Source: Candidatus Pacearchaeota archaeon
Lineage (GTDB): Archaea; Nanobdellota; Nanobdellia; Pacearchaeales; GW2011-AR1
Assembly: GCA_016866975.1 (NCBI GenBank)
Contig: VGKP01000004.1
Location: 1 to 47,901, forward strand
Direction of reading: 5' to 3'
Length of the DNA: 47,901 nucleotides
The position numbers and the translations under genes were made by a program. Below, piece after piece: positions 1 to 8,970 of this stretch; position 1 is the first letter of the stretch, and the number at the start of each line of letters is the position of its first letter. A model generated the notes under the pieces. It searched no databases, was not told the DNA's origin, and was given only the letters and a program-made list of their open reading frames with translations.

Positions 1-2
1 CT

Positions 3-74
3 GGGGGCTCTGAGAACTGAAAGTTCTCAGGGACTTCAACACTTACGTGATTGAAGTGAATTGAACAATTCCCC
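3..74. repeat. Multi-hairpin structured element (three stem-loops closed by GGGG/CCCC); may be truncated by the window edge
   Basis: Hairpins ctgagaact/agttctcag (10-30), cttcaacac/gtg-a-ttgaag (34-56) and gaattg/caattc (58-71). The gttctcaggga segment resembles the P/Q elements at 33.8 and 43.3 kb. Confidence 0.55.
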
Positions 75-88
75 TTTTGTGAAGAAAA

Positions 89-175
89 GCCTCTGGGGGG
101 AATTGAACCCCCGACCTCAAGTTTCTTCGACAACTGATACGAAACTTGCGCTCTGACCAACTGAGCTACAGAGGC
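89..175 (-). tRNA. tRNA-Thr(CGU) with a 14-nt intron at canonical position 37/38 (124-137)
   Basis: Reverse complement folds as a cloverleaf: acceptor GCCTCTG/CAGAGGC, D stem GCTC/GAGC, anticodon stem CAAGT/ACTTG around TT-CGT-A, T arm GGGGG-TTCAATT-CCCCC. Intron CGAA pairs with TTCG (positions 32-35), giving a bulge-helix-loop splice motif. No encoded CCA. Confidence 0.95.
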
Positions 176-274
176 ATCAAAAAATGCAATACCTGACTCA
201 TTATAAATCTTTCAATAAAGGTGGTACTGGAAACCGGCAATCATTATAAAGAGACCTTTTTTTGCATCCTACCT

Positions 275-520
275 ATGCATAAAACAAGAGGTACTTATAT
301 TAGCACTAAGCATCTAAACCTTAGAGAGATACATGACAGAGGACATATATTCTTACAATATTTCGTTTTAATGTTCTTCATTATACTGGCCGGGACAATA
401 TTGGGAAATGTATTGTCTGAGTTTAATGCCTTGGTCTGGGTAGGAGCATTTGGATTGCTGATATTTGTTGCGATATTTGCACATTGGTTAAGGCTGGCCA
501 ATGGGCAGTTTTATAAATAG
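275..520 (+). CDS. Small 2-TM membrane protein
   Basis: Two hydrophobic segments. ATG 275 preferred over GTG 221 because a TATA-like TTATAAA lies about 25 nt upstream. Confidence 0.6.
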   Translation: MHKTRGTYISTKHLNLREIHDRGHIFLQYFVLMFFIILAGTILGNVLSEFNALVWVGAFGLLIFVAIFAHWLRLANGQFYK

Positions 521-3235
521 ATGGTGCCTATGGATAGAAAGATGAAAGTGGTGTTTAGTAGGTTTAAGTTTTGTTATTTGGTTTTGTTAGTATCTTTTAT
601 CTTCTCCTTATCATGTGTTAGCGCATTTAATTTTAATGGGACTGTTTATGATATCAATGGGAATCCTCTTGCCAATGCGACGATCAATATTACTACAAGG
701 AGTGTTGTCGATTGGTCGATTGTTGCATATAATGCGACGACAAGCAATGAATCGGGATGGTTTAATATTACTATGCCTGATGTTGCAACTTGGCTCTATT
801 CTCCGCAGATAACTCATAAAAATATTTCAATTCCAACAGCAAACTATACTGATTATGTGGGGCAGTCGCTTCCTGCATTTCCCTCATTTATGTTTGATAC
901 CCTTGGGAGCTTGAATTCTTATTTACGCGAAGCAGGCAGTTTTAATCTCACAGCTATTAATGCGAGCGGGGGAAGAATTGCGTTTAACTATCAGATCAAA
1001 GATACTTCACTCGGTTATCCTATTGCAGAAAGCTTTAATTGGGCAAGTGGAGGGATTTTTGAGGCCAATGTTGTCGTTCCTGCAAATCGCAATTATTCTG
1101 TTATGATTTTCCCCAACCAAAGCTTGCGCGTCAGTTTTGAATGGAATAATTTTACTTCTCGCGCGACATATAATATAACAACTCTTGCAAGTGGAAATAA
1201 TATCTCCCATTACAATGGAACTACGCGAACAGTGCACAAGCAAGTAAATATCACTTTAAGCATGCCTCGTGTCAATGGAACAATCAACTTTACAAGTGCA
1301 ATCAATGTTGCTGGACTTGATAACCTTTCTGTCATCGCCTATCTGATGGAAAGTGGCAATATGATCCATGCTTCTATGGGGGGTATGTTTGCTAATATGA
1401 GCGCGTTTACCAATAGCTTTACAGATCTTTTTAATACTACAACAGGAGTTTACAATATGTCTCTTCCTGCATCTGCTGAGAGTACTTCTTATATGCTTTT
1501 CGCCACAGGAAGAAATGGGACAAATTATCTGGGGGCGTTTGCAAATCTTACCATCCAATATGGTGCTGCCCCGGTGAATATTGATTTTGTCCTTCGGGGC
1601 TTGATAGGAAATCTCTCCTATATCGGCCTTGATGTTGCTGGTGATTTCTCAGCAAAGAAACTTTTTGCCACTGCAAAACAAACATTCCAACTTGTCAATA
1701 AGTCCAATCACAGCATTAGCCAGGCATTCTCGCATATGGAAGTAACGGTAAACTATTCTCAATGGGGTGCTCCAGAGTTCACCTGGATAGAAGATGTCCC
1801 TCAAACAGGAAATGGCAATTTCTCGCTGCCCCTCTTGAATGTCACAGGAATAAAAGAAATGAATATATTTGTTGGAGGGGACAACTATGCCCCCAAAAGA
1901 ATATCTCCTCGAATCGATCAGATACTTTCGGCAAGGCATCTGCAAGGAGGAACCAATAACAATCTTAGCGCGTATAACATAACTATTAATTCATTCAGCC
2001 CAGGAGATATCGATGGGCAAGTAGCTGCAACTAGTATTTCTATGAGTCTTTACATCTCCAATTCAAGCTGTGACGTTCCAAGCCCTGCAAGCACTTGCCT
2101 TATTGGGGGAAGTGGACAGAACATGAGTAGTTTTAATCCCATGGGGGCGATCATGGGTGGTGGAAAACTAAGCTTTAGGATGGGGACAGGCAATATAAGC
2201 GTCCATTACGTCAATGTAGATATGATGGCCTCTGGACCTCCAGATGCGTTGTTTGATGACTCAACAACAGATAGAACGAGTGGGAGTTCTTTTGACCAGG
2301 CAGTGAGATTCGGTTCTGGAGGGCCTAACGTATATGATTTTATTCTAGTTTCTATACCTTATACCGAAACCGCAGGGAGTGGTCTTAATGATGCTAATGA
2401 TGTCAATATGACTATTCCTACGCTCTATGATGACGATTGGAAAGTAATGTGGAATACAACTGCTAATGGGTCTGCTGCAAGTTCTTTGTCAGGAAACTTT
2501 AGCCACTATGTGGCCAAACAAACGGAATGGAACTATCTTCTTGGACAGACTAACTGCACTACTACGGCAAGCGAGTTGAATGCCTCCCGCCCATGCTACA
2601 TCGATAAAACAGGCAATGTTATTTGGATTCGTTTGCCTCATTTCTCCGGAACCGGGCCAAGCATAGTTGGTACCACCGTTGCTTCAACTACAACGCCTGC
2701 TGCAAGTACTGATGGAGGGAGAGCTACAACCACTAATACATGGAAACAGACAATTATTTTGAGTGAGACACAAGTCATTAATGGATATAGTGCAAACCTT
2801 GGCTCCAATGAGAGAGTTAAGTTGACCGTTAATAATGAAGAACATTCGGTAGGAGTGTTGGCAATATCTGCGACAACTGCGACAATACAAGTAGCTTCAA
2901 CTCCTCAGAATGCTACACTTACTATAGGGGAGAGCAAGAAATTCGAGGTGACAAATGATTCATATTATGATTTGAAAGTAACTCTCAATTCCATAACTGG
3001 AAACAAAGCCAACTTTACTATAATTTCTATCAGAGAAGAAATGTCTTCTGCGCAGAAAGTTGCCACACCTAAGGCAGACGATGTTCCTGGAGAACAAAAA
3101 CAACAACAAGTCACTAAAGATCAGCCGATACAGACAAGGAATACTGAAAATAATAACTGGTATTGGGTGCTGGTCGTTGCGATAGTCCTTGTGATTGTAA
3201 TAATCGTAGCGGTGTCAAGATCAAAAAGACACTAA
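521..3235 (+). CDS. Large secreted, C-terminally anchored surface glycoprotein (S-layer/adhesin-like, 904 aa)
   Basis: N-terminal signal peptide, many N-x-S/T sequons, Thr-rich linker, C-terminal TM followed by a basic tail. Confidence 0.85.
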   Translation: MVPMDRKMKVVFSRFKFCYLVLLVSFIFSLSCVSAFNFNGTVYDINGNPLANATINITTRSVVDWSIVAYNATTSNESGWFNITMPDVATWLYSPQITHKNISIPTANYTDYVGQSLPAFPSFMFDTLGSLNSYLREAGSFNLTAINASGGRIAFNYQIKDTSLGYPIAESFNWASGGIFEANVVVPANRNYSVMIFPNQSLRVSFEWNNFTSRATYNITTLASGNNISHYNGTTRTVHKQVNITLSMPRVNGTINFTSAINVAGLDNLSVIAYLMESGNMIHASMGGMFANMSAFTNSFTDLFNTTTGVYNMSLPASAESTSYMLFATGRNGTNYLGAFANLTIQYGAAPVNIDFVLRGLIGNLSYIGLDVAGDFSAKKLFATAKQTFQLVNKSNHSISQAFSHMEVTVNYSQWGAPEFTWIEDVPQTGNGNFSLPLLNVTGIKEMNIFVGGDNYAPKRISPRIDQILSARHLQGGTNNNLSAYNITINSFSPGDIDGQVAATSISMSLYISNSSCDVPSPASTCLIGGSGQNMSSFNPMGAIMGGGKLSFRMGTGNISVHYVNVDMMASGPPDALFDDSTTDRTSGSSFDQAVRFGSGGPNVYDFILVSIPYTETAGSGLNDANDVNMTIPTLYDDDWKVMWNTTANGSAASSLSGNFSHYVAKQTEWNYLLGQTNCTTTASELNASRPCYIDKTGNVIWIRLPHFSGTGPSIVGTTVASTTTPAASTDGGRATTTNTWKQTIILSETQVINGYSANLGSNERVKLTVNNEEHSVGVLAISATTATIQVASTPQNATLTIGESKKFEVTNDSYYDLKVTLNSITGNKANFTIISIREEMSSAQKVATPKADDVPGEQKQQQVTKDQPIQTRNTENNNWYWVLVVAIVLVIVIIVAVSRSKRH

Positions 3236-3270
3236 TAAGATACACAAATCTCTTTAAATATAGTATTTGA

Positions 3271-4998
3271 ATGTTCATTATGCAAAAAGAGATAATAGAT
3301 TTCATAGAGGAGAAAGGATTATCTCCGTTTTATCCTAAAGGAGTATCATCTAGACCAAATTCTTCTATATTCAAGAGTACCGATGCGAAATCTGTTTATC
3401 TTAGAGTAGTCAATGCGTTGTCCAAGCATTTCGTGTTTGACGATACAGCCCAGATATGGCAGTGTTTTCCCGTAGGTGCCTCAAATAGCGAGATTTTGAG
3501 AAGACAGGATTTCTTCAGGAAAATTCCCCTTGACTTAAGCAATCATCAATTCAAAGATTTCGTTCTTCCTAAACCTTATTGGAACCCGGCCTATGGAGTG
3601 ATAGTAGTTACAGAAGATGAGAAAATATTTTTAGAATTGAAAGAATTAGACTGTCCTGTCAAATACTTGATCAACGAACAGGACGTCCTATCTCTAGAAA
3701 GTTATGACCTTATCCAAGCCATAGAATGTGAGAACTTCTCCAGAGCAATAGAACAGCTACCGCAGAGCATATTCCTTGATAGCGTAGAAGAAGCTTATCT
3801 AGAGAGGCATGTACGGACATTATCTGGATGGAAAAATATAATAGAAAACCTTTCAACTGGAGAAGGAGAAATTGCAGATATTGCAAAAGAACTTTTGCCT
3901 TTGCTACCTCTTGCTAGATCAGTGCAAGTAAAAAACCTGACTTATGAAGACATGCAAAATTTACTCTCAGATATAAATGACGGCGTCTCTGAACATATCA
4001 AATCCTTGACATTGTCTGGAGAGGCTCTTCTGGCGATGCTGCATAAATCGGCGCTTCCTTCTTCATTGAAGGTACATTTAAGACAAGAAATAATTAAAAC
4101 GGGCCTACCTGATAGTCTATTTATTGAAAGCTTTCCAGTCGTTCTGAACGATGAAGAATGTGCTAGATATATAAAGAAACAGAATGCCTCTCAAAGCACA
4201 AGCCTAGCGGAAGAAATAAAGAGAAACTCTGATCAGTTAACTAAGGTCTCAGATAAGATAAAGAAACTCTCTGAAATGCTTTTGCTTGAAGATTTTAAGG
4301 CAGGGATATCTATGTATCTTAGGACTGCAAACCATTATCCTCAGTTAAGTGAAGACTTTTCAATGGTCTCTTCTAGAAACCTCTTCTTGGAGAATGCCCA
4401 GCCCATAACATTTAATTTGGGGCAAGGTCAAAACTGTTCCATATTAACTGGAGCCAACAGTGGGGGAAAGACAACCCTTATAGAGCATGTAATCCAGATG
4501 ATATCCTTGCTTCATCTTGGGCTACCCACTAGGGGAGAGACCAAGATACCTGTATTCCAAGAAGTGTATTATTTTGCAAAAAACAAGGGTTCTATGAGCA
4601 AAGGTGCGTTTGAGACTCTTTTAACCCAACTGTCTACAATAAAACCTGGAAAGTCTACAATGATTCTTGCTGACGAGATAGAATCTGTAACTGAGCCCGG
4701 AGTTGCTGGAACCATAATCTGCGCTACAGCGAAATATTTTATTGAAAAAAACTGTTTTATGATACTTGCGACTCATCTTGGAAGAGAGATGCAAGGCCAA
4801 TTGCCTTTGGGTGCAAGGATAGATGGAATAGAAGCAAAAGGACTGACTGAATTGTTTGAGCTCATTGTAGACCATAATCCCATAATGGGAAAACTTGCGC
4901 ACTCCACCCCTGAATTGATAATTGAGAGGCTAGCATATTCACAAAAAGAACCTTACTTTATCCATCTTCACGACTATCTTAAGAAAAGAAAGGATTAA
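3271..4998 (+). CDS. MutS domain V ATPase (archaeal MutS2/MutS5-like; no mismatch-recognition domain evident)
   Basis: Walker A LTGANSGGKTTL, Walker B ILADEIES, MutS-type ATH motif and C-terminal STPELI. Start may be 3280. Confidence 0.8.
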   Translation: MFIMQKEIIDFIEEKGLSPFYPKGVSSRPNSSIFKSTDAKSVYLRVVNALSKHFVFDDTAQIWQCFPVGASNSEILRRQDFFRKIPLDLSNHQFKDFVLPKPYWNPAYGVIVVTEDEKIFLELKELDCPVKYLINEQDVLSLESYDLIQAIECENFSRAIEQLPQSIFLDSVEEAYLERHVRTLSGWKNIIENLSTGEGEIADIAKELLPLLPLARSVQVKNLTYEDMQNLLSDINDGVSEHIKSLTLSGEALLAMLHKSALPSSLKVHLRQEIIKTGLPDSLFIESFPVVLNDEECARYIKKQNASQSTSLAEEIKRNSDQLTKVSDKIKKLSEMLLLEDFKAGISMYLRTANHYPQLSEDFSMVSSRNLFLENAQPITFNLGQGQNCSILTGANSGGKTTLIEHVIQMISLLHLGLPTRGETKIPVFQEVYYFAKNKGSMSKGAFETLLTQLSTIKPGKSTMILADEIESVTEPGVAGTIICATAKYFIEKNCFMILATHLGREMQGQLPLGARIDGIEAKGLTELFELIVDHNPIMGKLAHSTPELIIERLAYSQKEPYFIHLHDYLKKRKD

Positions 4999-5022
4999 AT
5001 AGAGTCATTTATCAAAGATTTA

Positions 5023-5484
5023 ATGATAGTAAAACAAGGCTCTTCTGTGACTGTTGAGTATGAAGGAAGATTTGAGAACGGAGAAATCTTCGACTCGTCC
5101 ACTCATGGAGATCACTCCCATCCACTTACTTTTGAAGTGGGAAAAAAGCAAGTTATCGAGGGTTTTGAGAAAGCGGTGATTGGAATGAGAGATGGAGATG
5201 AGAAGACATTCAGTGTAGAACCAAAAGAAGGATATGGGTTGCCCGATGAGAGGTTATTCAGAGAGATTCCAAGGAAATCCCTTCCCATTAAACCAGAGCC
5301 TGCGCCCGGGATGACTCTTGCAATAAATACTCCTGAGGGAGGGCAGATTCCTGTAACTATAGCAAAAGTAGAAAAAGATATTGTCACGTTAGACTTCAAT
5401 CACCATCTTGCAGGAAGAAAATTATTATTTAAGATAAAAGTGATTGGAATAGATAAAGACCCTCCAGTACATAATCACTCGTAG
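5023..5484 (+). CDS. slyD: FKBP-type peptidyl-prolyl isomerase
   Basis: VEYEGRFENGEIFDSS, VIEGFEKAVIGM, YG, and DFNHHLAGRKLLF motifs with an insert-in-flap domain. Confidence 0.93.
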   Translation: MIVKQGSSVTVEYEGRFENGEIFDSSTHGDHSHPLTFEVGKKQVIEGFEKAVIGMRDGDEKTFSVEPKEGYGLPDERLFREIPRKSLPIKPEPAPGMTLAINTPEGGQIPVTIAKVEKDIVTLDFNHHLAGRKLLFKIKVIGIDKDPPVHNHS

Positions 5485-5519
5485 AAATATATATATAGGG
5501 TAAAACACTTTCTCACATT

Positions 5520-6263
5520 ATGAAAATGAGTGTTTATTTTATTTCCTTTTGTTTAATGATCTTGATGGTTTCCTTCATCTCTGCTTTTAACGAAAATATA
5601 TCGAATTCTACTGGAACAGAATCCAATATAACTTTCTCTGTAAACGCCTCATTAAATAACTCTAACAGCACTCCTACTTTTTATAATAATCGAACTTATA
5701 ATAATAGTTTTTCAAATAGAACTCGTCAAATTTTTATTGAAAATTTTACTTCACCTCAACTTCCTAAAAACGATACTTCCCCATCTTTTTCTAATGGTAC
5801 TACCTCCTCATGGAAGGAAGATAATGAAAGCAACTACTCATATTTTCTGCATCGAGTAAATTACACCTTAAAGGTCACTGAAGAATCTAATTATACTTTC
5901 TCTTTTTATTATAATGAAAGTAATACCTCTTCGTACTACTCTAATGTGAGCAATTTCTCAGTTTATATCAATAGTTCTTATTCTATCAATGTCTCAATTT
6001 CTCCAAGGGTAACTAATTTTTCCTCATTTAATATTTCTCTTAAGGCTGCCTTAAATGCCTCGCAATATGTACGAACTGTAAACGAAGTGACCATAAACGT
6101 GGATCTAGGAAGGGCCATTTACGTAGTCAAAGGAAAGAAATCTGGGAAGCTCTTCTGGATTATTCCAGTTTCAGCAGAAGTAGTGCAGGAAGTGGATGCC
6201 ACTTCAGGTGAAATAATTAATACTCGCTCTCCTTGGTGGAGTTTTCTTGCTTCAGAGATTTAA
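5520..6263 (+). CDS. Secreted Asn/Ser-rich protein with a PepSY-like C-terminal domain
   Basis: Signal peptide, dense N-x-S/T sequons, C-terminal KLFWIIPV...VDATSGEI...PWW. Confidence 0.7.
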   Translation: MKMSVYFISFCLMILMVSFISAFNENISNSTGTESNITFSVNASLNNSNSTPTFYNNRTYNNSFSNRTRQIFIENFTSPQLPKNDTSPSFSNGTTSSWKEDNESNYSYFLHRVNYTLKVTEESNYTFSFYYNESNTSSYYSNVSNFSVYINSSYSINVSISPRVTNFSSFNISLKAALNASQYVRTVNEVTINVDLGRAIYVVKGKKSGKLFWIIPVSAEVVQEVDATSGEIINTRSPWWSFLASEI

Positions 6264-6312
6264 CATATTTTTATTTGATAATGTTCTTCTTGTCCATCGC
6301 CATCATCACTAA

Positions 6313-7863
6313 CTATTTCTTTTGAACCTTCTTTATATAAGACCTTAGAATATCAAGCACCCTATCTTTCTGTGCAGGAACAAACCTTAATGCTCCTGCC
6401 TGCTTGTGGCCGCCACCTTCTGGAAATGCTTCTGGTGCGTTCTTTAAAATCTCATTTAAGAAATCATGAACAACAAAGTTGGAGTCATCTCCCGCCCTTA
6501 TAGTCACTAAATCACTCAATACCCCTATAGACACAACATTTCGAGTCTTTTTTTCTTCTTGATAAAAGTCATGAATCATTCCTACAACTTGTCCGGGCTT
6601 TGGATAAGCGTTCCTTGAGAAGGTCTCCTCCACAAACAATAATTGGAGAGTGGTTTTCCCGATAGTTTCTCTTTTAACTGTAGTTTTTGCTATATTTATG
6701 CCCCTTGCCTGCAACCCTCTGATGTGAGGATTCATAAGAGAGACTAGGGCTTTTTGCTTGTCAATTGGATCTCCAAAAACAACTTCAATATACTCTCTTG
6801 CTTCCATAAATCTTAATTTTGTTGAAACGTAGTCTATCAATGCGGCAATATCGTGCAAGAGCTCCTTTGTATACCCTTTCTTCTCTGCAATCTTGAGATA
6901 TTCAATCATCACAGAAGGATTATCTATCCTATCGGCCATTCCAGATAATGCTGGAAGATGATCTATTGCTATATCTGGGTTTATGAATCTTGCAAGTTCA
7001 GTGCAAAGCATGCCTGCAGAAAATGTCGAACCATCTTCTTTAACAAGAAAAGGATTTATGTGGACCAAAACCTCTGGAGAAGTAACATCTTCCTCAAAGA
7101 AGTGGTGGTCTACGACGATAAAATCGGCACCATGAATCTTTCCTTGTTTGATCCCTAGAATGCTTTCAGAACCCGATCCTGTGTCTACGATGACTACTAG
7201 AGGCATCTTATTTGAGAATTTTGCTACGTCTGAAAGGGAATGTGCTGTGTCTTTGATGGAATCTTCTATTTCGTAGAAAGGAGCGGCACTTGGGGCGCGA
7301 GTGTAATATTCCCAAGGGGCTTTTCCCCCGCCATGTTGCTTGATTATTAGAGGGATTATTGCACGTTCCAAAGAATATCCTGAAGAATAGCCGTCACAAT
7401 CATTATGGTGCCTTACAATTATTGGCCTATTCTTAACAATTGCAAGCCTTATTTCTGTAGCTGCCTGGATATATCTTTCCTTTAGTTTTTCCAAGACCGG
7501 ACTTTTTACGAGAAATGGGACTGGATGAACTGTTGCTATCTTTCTTTCCTCTGCCTCGATGTTTTTTCTAAGACTAGAAGCCTCATTTCCTTCCAATTTC
7601 ATTATCTTTCTTATCTCTCCTTCTAACGAGCCTTGAAATTCATTTATCTGGACAGTCACTTTAACTGCGTCTCCTTCTAATATATGTGGATAAGCTCGAA
7701 CACCTGCTCCATCAAAGCCCTTTAACATGAGTGTACCAGAACCATCTACTAGAGAAAACAGTGTTGGTCCGGTTGTTTGTGCCACGCGGTCAATTACTCC
7801 AGCTAGAGCTATTGTCTTTCTTTCATGCTGTTTAAGACTTATCTTCGCTATAGGTAGCTCCAT
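6313..7863 (-). CDS. RecJ-like DHH phosphoesterase with N-terminal OB fold
   Basis: HHNDCDG, VDTG, VVDHH and DHHA1-type GGGHKQAG motifs; N-terminal OB-fold-like beta region. Confidence 0.88.
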   Translation of the reverse strand: MELPIAKISLKQHERKTIALAGVIDRVAQTTGPTLFSLVDGSGTLMLKGFDGAGVRAYPHILEGDAVKVTVQINEFQGSLEGEIRKIMKLEGNEASSLRKNIEAEERKIATVHPVPFLVKSPVLEKLKERYIQAATEIRLAIVKNRPIIVRHHNDCDGYSSGYSLERAIIPLIIKQHGGGKAPWEYYTRAPSAAPFYEIEDSIKDTAHSLSDVAKFSNKMPLVVIVDTGSGSESILGIKQGKIHGADFIVVDHHFFEEDVTSPEVLVHINPFLVKEDGSTFSAGMLCTELARFINPDIAIDHLPALSGMADRIDNPSVMIEYLKIAEKKGYTKELLHDIAALIDYVSTKLRFMEAREYIEVVFGDPIDKQKALVSLMNPHIRGLQARGINIAKTTVKRETIGKTTLQLLFVEETFSRNAYPKPGQVVGMIHDFYQEEKKTRNVVSIGVLSDLVTIRAGDDSNFVVHDFLNEILKNAPEAFPEGGGHKQAGALRFVPAQKDRVLDILRSYIKKVQKK

Positions 7864-7985
7864 TGTAAGTGTTTACAGAAAAAACTTGTTTGTTTTCCTT
7901 CTGAATATAGATTAAAACAGTTGTTTGTTTAAATATCTTTCTAAATGTGGTTGTTTAAACGGCTGTTTTATGGATTTAGAAGATT

Positions 7986-8054
7986 ATAAACCCATAAGAG
8001 GAGGTCCCATCCTTCAAAAAGAGTGATGAAGCGTCCTCTTCTGGGGAAAAGAGG
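7986..8054 (-). ncRNA. 69-bp direct repeat copy 1; candidate small RNA gene or attachment site
   Basis: 67/69 identical to 11238-11306. Minus-strand TATA (plus tatttaag 8080-8087) lies 26 nt from the repeat edge, the same spacing as copy 2. 5' hairpin CCTCTT/AAGAGG. Confidence 0.5.
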
Positions 8055-8156
8055 TGTTATTATAATGATGGAAATTGGCTATTTAAGGGTTATGGAGGAT
8101 GAATCTTGAGGAGAAATCTTGGTTAAAAAGAGGTTTTGAAGATTAAACGAACTATT

Positions 8157-8447
8157 TTAATCTGAACCGGTCTCATCATGTCGCCAAATTTTTTCTCTAG
8201 ATCTAGATTTAAGGATTTTTCCGAGAGGGCTCTCGGGAGGAACACGAGAAAGTTCGTCCTCTGCAGCGAGGGGAAGAGAGCCTATTCCACAATCAATGCA
8301 GCACCATCCTCCGTAATACTCTCCAGTATGAACATTATAATAAGTTCCGTAGAGAGTCATATTTTCAAAACGTGTAGGGTGAAAAAATTGTTTTCCATCA
8401 TCCGACTTATAAATTGATCTTAGAGGATGTTCTGGACTGTTTGACAT
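8157..8447 (-). CDS. Hypothetical protein (96 aa, CxxC)
   Basis: ORF with TATA (plus tatttaaa 8470-8477) 23 nt upstream of the ATG. Confidence 0.65.
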   Translation of the reverse strand: MSNSPEHPLRSIYKSDDGKQFFHPTRFENMTLYGTYYNVHTGEYYGGWCCIDCGIGSLPLAAEDELSRVPPESPLGKILKSRSREKIWRHDETGSD

Positions 8448-8529
8448 TTTACTTTTATTAATGAAGGAGTATTTAAAGTTTTAGATAACGGTCTATGCTT
8501 TTTTGAGATTAGGGAATTTTTATTTGGTG

Positions 8530-8585
8530 TCAAGAATTGCTATTCTTGATCGTGATCAAGAACTGAAGAATCTGGCGGTTCTTGA
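8530..8585. repeat. Twin TCAAGAA/TTCTTGA hairpins (Q-family related)
   Basis: tcaagaat-tgct-attcttga (8530-8549) and tcaagaac...gttcttga (8556-8585). Confidence 0.65.
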
Positions 8586-8600
8586 CGTTAAACGAACTAT

Positions 8601-8963
8601 TTATTTTGATTCTTTGAAAGGTGCTGAGTGGCGATCTAAGAAGGTCGCTTTGTAAAATTGAACTGTGTATGTGGTTTGTGTTGGGCCGTCTTCATAAGAG
8701 CCTTTAGAACAAGTATAGGCATTAACTGTCCGAGGCGATTTTCCAGATTTTTGCTCTGCCCATCGCGCTAATGAGTTCAATCTTTTTCTCAAGGTCTTTC
8801 TATTTGCTTCAAGTGTTGGTTCGTGGTCGAGACTAAAAGATTCTGGGAATCCTACTGGAGTGGCAAATGCAAAGATTTCTTCTCCTTTTAGATTTTCGGC
8901 AAAGAAGTAATTTCTATCTCCACTTGGGTAGATAATCTCTCTAAGTCTTGGTGTTCGATGCAT
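8601..8963 (-). CDS. Hypothetical protein (about 120 aa)
   Basis: The ORF-track start 8993 lies inside a repeat element; ATG 8963 (MHRTPRL) is more plausible. Confidence 0.65.
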   Translation of the reverse strand: MHRTPRLREIIYPSGDRNYFFAENLKGEEIFAFATPVGFPESFSLDHEPTLEANRKTLRKRLNSLARWAEQKSGKSPRTVNAYTCSKGSYEDGPTQTTYTVQFYKATFLDRHSAPFKESK

Positions 8964-8970
8964 GATTTTA

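Noticed and set aside
8021-8054. C/D box sRNA (GTGATGA C box in the 69-bp repeat)
   Set aside because: No conserved CTGA D box downstream in either copy.
8026-8109. Plus-strand mini-ORF MKRPLLGKRG... in both repeat copies (one difference is synonymous)
   Set aside because: The ORFs diverge completely after codon 10 and the promoter evidence points to the minus strand; not fully excluded.
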